DNA of 32,000 nt from Paracoccus suum (GTDB lineage: Bacteria; Pseudomonadota; Alphaproteobacteria; Rhodobacterales; Rhodobacteraceae). This document shows positions 15,733 through 22,583 of the stretch, piece after piece. A model generated the notes under the pieces. That model was not told where the DNA came from. It did not search any database and worked only from the letters and a program-made list of their open reading frames with translations. Location of the stretch: contig NZ_CP030918.1 of the NCBI RefSeq assembly GCF_003324675.1, positions 330,001 to 362,000 on the forward strand, read 5' to 3'. The stretch's first letter is position 1. Every line of letters starts with the position of its first letter. The position numbers and the translations under genes are program-made.

Positions 15733-16517
15733 CACCGCACCTGCACGGTTGCGCTGAGCATCTGGTCGGCGGCGGTAATAACCTTGGCGTTCAGCTCGTA
15801 TCCACGCTGGGCCTTGATCAGTTCGGTCACCTCGCGCACCGGATCGACCGAGCTTTCCTCCAGATAGCCTTGGCGCAGCGTGCCCAAACCTTCGGCCCCG
15901 GGGGGCCCCACGGTCGGGGCGCCCGAGGCGCCCGTCTCGAGGAACAGGTTCGATCCGATCGCCTCGAGGCCCTTTTCATTCACAAAGCCGGCCAGCGTGA
16001 ATTGGCCGAGCATCTCGGGCTCGGCGCGGCCGTTGAAATAGGCATACACCTCGCCCGCCGGATTGATCGAGATGCTGCGCGCCTCCTCGGGGATGGTCAC
16101 GCCCGGGGCGACCGGAAAGCCGTCCGAGGTGACGATCTGCCCCTCGGCCGAGCGTTTCAGACCGCCGTCACGGGTGTAGGCCGCCCCGCCAGAGGGCAGC
16201 GTCACCTCGAGGTAACCGTTTCCATCGATGGCGATGTCGAGGTCACCCTGGCTGTGCACCAGCGTGCCCTGCTGCGGTTGGATCGAGACCGCCGTCGGAC
16301 GCACCCCGAGGCCGAGTTGCACGCCGGCCGGGACCATCGTGCCGTCGCTGGCGGCGATGCTGCCGGGACGCACGGCCTGCTGGTAAAACAGGTCCGCGAA
16401 CTCTGCCCGGCGGGCATTGTAGCCGGTGGTCGACATGTTCGCGAGATTGTTCGAGATGACATCCACGCGGGTCTGCTGGGCGCTCATGCCGGTCGCGGCA
16501 ATCTGAAGGGCGTTCAT
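15732..16517 (-). CDS. flgG: Flagellar basal-body distal rod protein FlgG
   Basis: MNALQIAATGMSAQQTRVDVISNNLANMSTTGY N-terminus and a C-terminal LEESSVDPVREVTELIKAQRGYELNAKVI. The track start at 16520 is TTG, so the ATG at 16517 is used. Confidence 0.95.
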   Translation of the reverse strand: MNALQIAATGMSAQQTRVDVISNNLANMSTTGYNARRAEFADLFYQQAVRPGSIAASDGTMVPAGVQLGLGVRPTAVSIQPQQGTLVHSQGDLDIAIDGNGYLEVTLPSGGAAYTRDGGLKRSAEGQIVTSDGFPVAPGVTIPEEARSISINPAGEVYAYFNGRAEPEMLGQFTLAGFVNEKGLEAIGSNLFLETGASGAPTVGPPGAEGLGTLRQGYLEESSVDPVREVTELIKAQRGYELNAKVITAADQMLSATVQVR

Positions 16518-16575
16518 CAATCAGCCTTGCGGTTCGGGGCGGGGTTGTTGCCGCCGATCACGGGATTGGTCTGGT

Positions 16576-17298
16576 TCATCGGGTCAGCGTGGTGATGGCG
16601 GCGCGGATGCGCTCGTCCTCGCGGTCCAGCAGGGACTGGCCCAGCTCGTAGTTCCGCTGCACCTCGACCATGCGCGAGACCTCGAACACCGGATCGACAT
16701 TCGATGCCTCGAGAAAGCCTTGGCGGAGGCGCGTGCCCTCGGCCGGCACCGGCGCGGTGCTCGCCTCGAAAAGCGTGCCGCGCCGGTGCTGAAGCGCGGC
16801 AGGATCCTCGACGGCAAAGACGCCGATCCGCGCGACGGGCTCGCCATCGGCCGACACGGTGCCGTCCGGGCCGATCGCGACCGAGCGGACGCCCGGCGGG
16901 AGGGTGATCGGCGCCAGGCCATCGTCCAGCAGGCGGTTGCCGTCGCCGTTCACCAGCTGGCCGTCGGCATTGGGCTGGAAGGCCCCGGCACGGGTCAGGC
17001 GGTTACCGTCGGGGGTCGCGACCATGAAAAACCCGTCCCCCTCCAGTCCCAGGTCGTATTGCCCTCCGGTCTTGGCCAAGGCAGCCTGGCGCAGGTCGGC
17101 GATGCGGCCGCGGGCATGGCCCATCGACAGGGTGCCGCCCTCCGGGCCGGGGCCGAGCGCGCTCATATGTTCGGCAAAGATCACGCCCTCGCGGCGAAAG
17201 CCGGTCGTGTCGGCGTTGGCAACGTTGTTGGCCACCACGCGCATCTCGCGCAGCAGGCCAGCCTGACGCGACAGCGTGGCGTATATGGCGTTGTCCAT
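16576..17298 (-). CDS. flgF: Flagellar basal-body rod protein FlgF
   Basis: 240 aa. MDNAIYATLSRQAGLLREMRVVANNVANADTTGF and a C-terminal LEASNVDPVFEVSRMVEVQRNYE. Size and position upstream of flgG fit FlgF. Confidence 0.9.
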   Translation of the reverse strand: MDNAIYATLSRQAGLLREMRVVANNVANADTTGFRREGVIFAEHMSALGPGPEGGTLSMGHARGRIADLRQAALAKTGGQYDLGLEGDGFFMVATPDGNRLTRAGAFQPNADGQLVNGDGNRLLDDGLAPITLPPGVRSVAIGPDGTVSADGEPVARIGVFAVEDPAALQHRRGTLFEASTAPVPAEGTRLRQGFLEASNVDPVFEVSRMVEVQRNYELGQSLLDREDERIRAAITTLTR

Positions 17299-17301
17299 AC
17301 C

Positions 17302-17568
17302 TCAGCCCCCCGCAACCAAGGGCAGAATGCGGTCGCTGAAGAGCGACGCCAGCGTCGTGGTCATGAAGCTCATGGTGACCCAGAATACGCCCAACATCAG
17401 CGCGACCTTGGGCACGAAGGTCAGCGTCATTTCCTGGACCGAGGTCAGCGCCTGGAAGAGGCCGATGACGACGCCAGTGATCAACGCGACGGCCAGCAGC
17501 GGAGCAGACATGCGCACCGCGACCCAGAGGGACTGGCGGACCATGTCGAACAGCATGTTTTCGTCCAT
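17302..17568 (-). CDS. fliQ: Flagellar type III export apparatus protein FliQ
   Basis: 88 aa with two TM segments. APLLAVALITGVVIGLFQALTSVQEMTLTFVPK is the FliQ/HrcS signature region. Confidence 0.93.
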   Translation of the reverse strand: MDENMLFDMVRQSLWVAVRMSAPLLAVALITGVVIGLFQALTSVQEMTLTFVPKVALMLGVFWVTMSFMTTTLASLFSDRILPLVAGG

Positions 17569-17579
17569 AGCCCGCCTCC

Positions 17580-17891
17580 TCAGACCGGCATCCGCAGGAT
17601 TTCCTGATAGGCCTCGACAACCTTGTCGCGGATCGCGACCACGGTCTCGAGCGCCAGTTCCGCCTCGGCGACGGTCTGGACCAGCTGCGGCACGGCAACG
17701 CTGCCTTTCAGCGCGCCGGTGGCGGTACTGTCGACCGCCTCGAGCGCCTGCATGAACCGATCGCCCGAAGTGAGCGGTCCGGTTGCGGGAGTCACCGCGG
17801 CGGCGCTGTGTCCCGGCTGCGGCGCGATGGTCACGCGCGCCCGGTCATAGGCCGATGCGGCGGCCGAAGTGATGGGTGTGAACATTTCCAT
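17580..17891 (-). CDS. fliE: Flagellar hook-basal body complex protein FliE
   Basis: The start was re-assigned to the ATG at 17891, 7 nt after the flgC stop. The C-terminus AEAELALETVVAIRDKVVEAYQEILRMPV is typical of FliE. Confidence 0.85.
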   Translation of the reverse strand: MEMFTPITSAAASAYDRARVTIAPQPGHSAAAVTPATGPLTSGDRFMQALEAVDSTATGALKGSVAVPQLVQTVAEAELALETVVAIRDKVVEAYQEILRMPV

Positions 17892-17898
17892 TCCCTCT

Positions 17899-18288
17899 CT
17901 AGCGGCGCAGTAGGTCGAGCAGCGCGCCATTCATCGCGCGCGATTGCTCGAACACCTTTAGGTTGGCCTCGTAGCTGCGGCTCGCCTCGCGGGAGTCGGC
18001 GAGTTCGACCACAAGATCGACGCCCGACCCGTCGTAGAACCCCTGTGCATCGGCCATGGGATGGGACGGATCGAAGACCCGCGGCAGCGGGGTGCGATCC
18101 AATTGCACCCGGCCGGCGACGACGCCGCCCGTCTCGTGGCCGAAATCGCGACCCGGCTCGAACGCGACCATCTTGCGGCGGTAGCCGGGGGTGTCGGCAT
18201 TGGCGATGTTCTCGGCCACGTGGCGCAGCCGAATGGCCTGAGCCTTGAGGCCCGAGGCGGCGATATCGCCGGGCGACAGATCGGCCAT
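17899..18288 (-). CDS. flgC: Flagellar basal-body rod protein FlgC
   Basis: 129 aa. ASGLKAQAIRLRHVAENIANADTPGYRRK and a C-terminal EASRSYEANLKVFEQSRAM. Confidence 0.93.
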   Translation of the reverse strand: MADLSPGDIAASGLKAQAIRLRHVAENIANADTPGYRRKMVAFEPGRDFGHETGGVVAGRVQLDRTPLPRVFDPSHPMADAQGFYDGSGVDLVVELADSREASRSYEANLKVFEQSRAMNGALLDLLRR

Positions 18289-18293
18289 GGCCG

Positions 18294-18677
18294 TCAGCCG
18301 CGCTTGTTGATGGCGCTGCGCATCAGGCGCAGGCCGGACTGGTAGACCGTGACGGCCAATTCGTGCTCGCGCCGCGCCTCGGCGGCCCGCACCATCTCAT
18401 CCTCCAGCGAGACGCTGTTGCCGTTGGGCGACGGCTCGCCGCCCGCATCCCTGGTCCGCGGCAGATGCGCCTGGCCGATCTCGCCGAGGTGTTGGGGTCG
18501 GGTCTGGCGCAGCGCCAGTTGGCCCGCGCCCGTATCGGGGTCAAACGGCACGACGTCGCGGCTGCGATAGCCGGGCGTGTCCGCATTCGCGACGTTGCGC
18601 GCGATTTCGAGTTGCCGCCCGGCCGCATGGGCCATGGCCGAGCGCGCCATCTGCATCATTCCGCTGCGGTCGAGCAT
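18294..18677 (-). CDS. flgB: Flagellar basal-body rod protein FlgB
   Basis: AAGRQLEIARNVANADTPGYRSRDV rod-protein N-motif, small size, first gene of the operon. The track start at 18698 is GTG. The ATG at 18677 (MLDRSG...) is preferred but uncertain. Confidence 0.85.
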   Translation of the reverse strand: MLDRSGMMQMARSAMAHAAGRQLEIARNVANADTPGYRSRDVVPFDPDTGAGQLALRQTRPQHLGEIGQAHLPRTRDAGGEPSPNGNSVSLEDEMVRAAEARREHELAVTVYQSGLRLMRSAINKRG

Positions 18678-18705
18678 TCTGCATTTTCCGTCAAACACCC
18701 TGCGA

Positions 18706-18720
18706 TAAACCCGGTCTTAA
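18706..18720. promoter_or_regulatory. Near-consensus CtrA-type box (TAAA-N7-TTAA) in the flgB/fliI divergent intergenic region
   Basis: TAAACCCGGTCTTAA at 18706-18720 has one mismatch to TTAA-N7-TTAA. It lies about 30 nt upstream of the proposed flgB start and about 60 nt upstream of fliI. This is a single-site match and could be chance. Confidence 0.25.
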
Positions 18721-18778
18721 CCGGCAATGGTTTAGAAATCGTTTCGCGGCGCCGACTCTTTGGCCGCGGAGGTGGCGG

Positions 18779-20101
18779 ATGAACCAGATGCAATCCATCG
18801 TCCGGCGGATCGCCGCGATCGATCCCGTTCAGCGGCTTGGCCGGATCGTGTCGATCGGCGCGGGCGTCGTGACGGTCGGTGGAATCGGCACGCGCGCGGC
18901 CATCGGCGACCGGCTGCAGTTCGCCACCGGTGTCGCGGGCGAGGTCGTGCGCCTTGGCCCGGAGGGTGCGAGCGCCTTGATCGAGGGCAGCCTCGACGGC
19001 CTAGCCATCGGCGCCCTGGCCGAACTGGGGGCTCGCGCGCAGATTGCGCCGCACGACGGGTGGCTCGGGCGGGTAGTGGACTGCTTTGGCAATCCCTTGG
19101 ACGGCCGCCCCCTGAACGCAGGCGCCGTTCCGCGGGCGTTTCGCGCCCCCCCGCCCCAGGCGGCTGAGCGGGGCCGCCTGGGCGCGCGGATTCGCACCGG
19201 GCTCGCCGCGTTCGACACGCTGCTGCCGATCGTGCGCGGCCAACGAATCGGACTCTTCGCAGGCTCGGGCGTGGGAAAGTCGACCCTGCTCGGCAATCTC
19301 TCGCGCGGGATGGAATGCGATGTCGCGGTCATCGCCCTGATCGGCGAGCGTGGGCGCGAGCTCCGCGAATTCGTCGAGGAGGTTCTGGGGCCCGAGGGGA
19401 TGGCCCGCGCGGTGATCGTCGCGGCGACATCGGATCAATCGCCCCTGCTGCGCCGACGCTGCGCCTGGGCAGCCATGACGGTGGCCGAACATTTCCGCGA
19501 TGCAGGCAAGCATGTCCTGTTCATGGCCGACTCGATCACCCGATTCGCCGAGGCGCACCGCGAAATCGCCCTCGCCGCGGGCGAGGCGCCCAGCTATCGC
19601 GGCTTTCCCGCCTCGACGGCGCATCTGATCATGTCGCTCGCCGAACGCGCCGGCCCCGGCGTCGAAGGCAGCGGCGACATCACCGGCATCTTCAGCGTGC
19701 TGGTCGCGGGCTCTGACATGGACGAGCCGGTCGCCGACATCCTGCGCGGCGTTCTGGACGGGCATGTCGTGCTGGATCGCGCGATTGCCGAGCGGGGTCG
19801 CTTTCCAGCCGTCGACGTCCTGCGCTCGGTCTCGCGCTCGCTGCCGGCGGCCGCGAGCGCAGCGGAAAACGCCCTTCTCATGCGCGCGCGGGCCATGCTC
19901 GGCGCCTATGCCGAATCGGAACTGATGATCCGCGCCGGCCTCTATGCCCCTGGGTCGGACCCGCAACTGGACGAGGCCGTGCGACTGAACCCGGCCATCG
20001 ACAGATTTGTCGGGCTGTCGTCCGCCAGTGTCAGCGATAGCTTTGCGTGCCTTGCAACTGCTCTCGGCGTCGCGCCGCCCACGGGCCATGGCGGGACGTA
20101 A
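18779..20101 (+). CDS. fliI: Flagellum-specific ATP synthase FliI
   Basis: 440 aa. Walker A GSGVGKST and Walker B VLFMADSITRFA, with F1/T3SS ATPase layout. ATG at 18779 with GGAGGTGG upstream. Confidence 0.95.
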   Translation: MNQMQSIVRRIAAIDPVQRLGRIVSIGAGVVTVGGIGTRAAIGDRLQFATGVAGEVVRLGPEGASALIEGSLDGLAIGALAELGARAQIAPHDGWLGRVVDCFGNPLDGRPLNAGAVPRAFRAPPPQAAERGRLGARIRTGLAAFDTLLPIVRGQRIGLFAGSGVGKSTLLGNLSRGMECDVAVIALIGERGRELREFVEEVLGPEGMARAVIVAATSDQSPLLRRRCAWAAMTVAEHFRDAGKHVLFMADSITRFAEAHREIALAAGEAPSYRGFPASTAHLIMSLAERAGPGVEGSGDITGIFSVLVAGSDMDEPVADILRGVLDGHVVLDRAIAERGRFPAVDVLRSVSRSLPAAASAAENALLMRARAMLGAYAESELMIRAGLYAPGSDPQLDEAVRLNPAIDRFVGLSSASVSDSFACLATALGVAPPTGHGGT

Positions 20102-20192
20102 GTACGCCGTCACAGGGAACCTTCACGCCGCATTTCCGTTTTCCCGCAGTCCGGCACCACAACGTGAGGTCGGGCCAGGCAACGGGGAGTAT

Positions 20193-20669
20193 GTGGTGCA
20201 GAAAGACCTTGATGCGACCGACGACCCGCGCCGCAGCGTCGCTGATGAAGCAACGTTGGCGGAGAACGTGTCCCTGACGGACGATGACGTGGTGACGCTG
20301 GTCGAGGAACGGGCCCTGGTCACCAAGCGGCGCTATGAATCCGGTGTGGTTCGCGTGCGGACCGTCACCGAATCGGTGGATCATATCGAGCGCGCGGCGC
20401 TCGAGTTCGAGACAGCCGAAGTGACGCACCACCCGATCAACCAGTTCGTCGATCAGATGCCGGCTCAGCGCGAGGACGGCGACGTCACGATTGTACCGGT
20501 GGTTGAAGAACGGCTGGTGGTAGAAAAGCGCCTGTTCGTCACCGAAGAAATTCACATTCGCCGCAAGCGCCACACCGAAGATGTGGAACTTCCGGTGACT
20601 CTGCGTCGCCAGCATGCCGTGGTCGAGCGGCTGGACCCTTCGGGCGCAAGCCGCGACGAGCCTTTGTAG
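20193..20669 (+). CDS. DUF2382 (YsnF/AvaK) domain protein
   Basis: Two half-repeats are typical of DUF2382: VTLVEERALVTKRRYESGVVRVRTVTES and IVPVVEERLVVEKRLFVTEEIHIRRKRHTEDVELPVTLRRQHAVVERL. The track ORF starts inside fliI at 20007. GTG at 20193 or 20196 after GGGGAG is preferred, and the ATG at 20088 is the alternative. Confidence 0.7.
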   Translation: MVQKDLDATDDPRRSVADEATLAENVSLTDDDVVTLVEERALVTKRRYESGVVRVRTVTESVDHIERAALEFETAEVTHHPINQFVDQMPAQREDGDVTIVPVVEERLVVEKRLFVTEEIHIRRKRHTEDVELPVTLRRQHAVVERLDPSGASRDEPL

Positions 20670-20716
20670 GCTGCGGCGCAGACGACCGTGTTTAACCAGT
20701 AAACGAGGAATATCTC

Positions 20717-21664
20717 ATGTCCATGACCACCGACTATGGTTCGACTCGTAGCCTTTCGGCGATGTTCGACACCCGCGCCGAAGCCGATCGCGCGGTCGCC
20801 GCGCTGATGGAGGCCGGGATCGCCGACGCCGTCCTGACCGGCGGGGAAAACCAGGGCTACGGCTCGGTCGCCACCGACCCGACGCTGGCCGAGAACCGCG
20901 ACCGCGGTTTTTTCGAGCAGCTGGGCGACTTCTTCTTCCCCGATGAGGACCGCTACACCTATGCCGAAGGCCTGAACCGGGGCGCTTTCCTGGTCACCGT
21001 CGACAACATCCCGCCGGATCAGTACGAGCGTGCGCTGGACATCCTCGACGACGAAGGCGCCGTCGATCTGGACGCCCGTGAGGCCGAGTGGCGTTCGGAA
21101 GGCTGGACCAACGATCCGATGGTCGGCTCGATGGCTGCAGCGACCACTACCCGTGACGAAGGTCTGCCGGGCACCGTCGCCAGCCGCACGGTTGACCGCG
21201 CTGCCGACGCCCTGACCGGTGACCGCACCTATGCCGCGGATCGCACCTATGCCGAGGACGACCTGAATCGCGACGGCAAGATCGACATTGTCGAAGAGCG
21301 CCTTTCGATTGCCAAGCGCGAGCAGGAACTGGGCCGCGTCCGCGTCCGCTCCTACGTCAAGGAAACCCCGGTCGAAGAGACCGTGAACCTCCGCGAGGAG
21401 CATGTCTCGATCGAGCGTCGTCCAGTGGACCGCGCGGCGACCGACGCCGACTTCCGCGATCAGTCGGTCGAGGCCCGGGAATACGCCGAGGAAGCCGTCG
21501 TCAACAAGGAAGCCCGCGTGGTCGAAGAGATCGCGCTGAAGAAAGAGCAGAGTTCCCGCGACCAGGTCGTCCGGGATTCGGTGCGCAAGACCGAGGTCGA
21601 AGTCGTTGACGAGCGTAACGACAGCCTCCGCGGTGGTGTTCTGCGCGACGAAGACAAGATCTGA
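20717..21664 (+). CDS. Stress-response-type protein with a C-terminal DUF2382 (YsnF/AvaK) domain
   Basis: 315 aa. The N-terminal SAMFDTRAEADRAVAALMEAGI region is followed by the C-terminal domain IDIVEERLSIAKREQELGRVRVRSYVKETPVEETVNLREEHVSIERRPV...VVEEIALKKE. ATG at 20717 with GAGGAA upstream. Confidence 0.8.
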   Translation: MSMTTDYGSTRSLSAMFDTRAEADRAVAALMEAGIADAVLTGGENQGYGSVATDPTLAENRDRGFFEQLGDFFFPDEDRYTYAEGLNRGAFLVTVDNIPPDQYERALDILDDEGAVDLDAREAEWRSEGWTNDPMVGSMAAATTTRDEGLPGTVASRTVDRAADALTGDRTYAADRTYAEDDLNRDGKIDIVEERLSIAKREQELGRVRVRSYVKETPVEETVNLREEHVSIERRPVDRAATDADFRDQSVEAREYAEEAVVNKEARVVEEIALKKEQSSRDQVVRDSVRKTEVEVVDERNDSLRGGVLRDEDKI

Positions 21665-21685
21665 TTCGCTTCTGATCGGATGACG

Positions 21686-21714
21686 AAAAGGGCGGCTGCA
21701 AGGCCGCCCTTTTT
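21686..21714. terminator. Bidirectional rho-independent terminator between convergent genes
   Basis: AAAA-GGGCGGC(21690-96)-tgcaag-GCCGCCC(21703-09)-TTTTT. The T-run follows the stem on the plus strand and the A-run gives a T-run on the minus strand. It sits between the 21664 stop and the 21714 stop. Confidence 0.75.
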
Positions 21715-22583
21715 CATTCGCAGACCCGGTATCCTCCACGCCGTTTCTTGACGTCGAGGTGTAGATGGTTGGCATGGGCGGCGTTGCTGCCCGGCCCAAG
21801 GACCGTGGCAAAATCCATGCAGGCCACCCAGCGCACGGCCGCCAAAAAGGCTTGCGATGCGCTGCCCTCGTCCGTCGCCGCGACCGGCAGCACGGCCTTG
21901 TCGTCAAAGGTAAAGCTGGCGATGTCGATGGCGTTGCCGAGCGCATGTTCTGACAGACCGCTGGTCGTGGCCCCGACCGTTCCTCGGCATTCATAAGTCG
22001 AGCCGAGGGCCATGGAGGTCACCTGCGGCGCCCCCGGCAGGCGGCGCGCGGCCGGCTGGACGAAATCGCGCATCCACCACGCCAACGCCCGGGCCGTATC
22101 GCAGCGCATCAGAGGTCCGCCCTCCAGCGTGACGCCGGGAAGGATTTCGGTCACCTGCAATGGCCGGTCGATGCCGCAGTCACGCTGCTCGCCGGTGACC
22201 GGTGGCGCTTCGGTATAAACGGTTCCCAGACCAGCGAGCGCCAGTTGGCACGCGGAATAGGCGAAATCATCCTCGCGCAACAGGCTGTGAGCCGGCGGTC
22301 CAGCGGGTTCGGCGGGCGGTATCAGACGACCGACCGAGCCAGGGCGACTGGTGGCGGGCTGGCCGGCCTCGGCGTCCGCACCTGGGGTCTTCTTCGCGGC
22401 AGGCACGGGTTTCTCCGGCGGGGCGGCCGCATTTTCGGTTGCGGTCAGATCGGCAGCGTCGGGACTCTCTGGCTTAGCGGGGGGCGGCTGCACGGCGGTG
22501 ACAGGGGTCGCTGGAGGACGATCCTGGGCAACGGCGGACGCCGCGCCGAGGATCAGCGCCGCCGCCGCGCAAACGGCCCTCAC
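21714..22583 (-). CDS. Exported extensin-like C-terminal domain protein (putative LAS/M15-like metallopeptidase fold)
   Basis: Signal peptide (V)RAVCAAAALILGAASAVAQ, a Pro/Ala-rich linker, then a conserved C-domain ending HANHLHLDVKKRRGGYRVCE. It contains SEHALGNAID (21924-21953) and HLHLD (21753-21767). The GTG start at 22583 overlaps the upstream stop as GTGA. Confidence 0.8.
   Translation of the reverse strand: MRAVCAAAALILGAASAVAQDRPPATPVTAVQPPPAKPESPDAADLTATENAAAPPEKPVPAAKKTPGADAEAGQPATSRPGSVGRLIPPAEPAGPPAHSLLREDDFAYSACQLALAGLGTVYTEAPPVTGEQRDCGIDRPLQVTEILPGVTLEGGPLMRCDTARALAWWMRDFVQPAARRLPGAPQVTSMALGSTYECRGTVGATTSGLSEHALGNAIDIASFTFDDKAVLPVAATDEGSASQAFLAAVRWVACMDFATVLGPGSNAAHANHLHLDVKKRRGGYRVCE

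Noticed and set aside
20007-20192. The ORF after fliI considered as FliJ or as a C-terminal extension related to fliI.
   Set aside because: The sequence carries DUF2382 repeats rather than the FliJ coiled-coil. The first 62 codons overlap the fliI 3' end in another frame and look non-coding in that frame.
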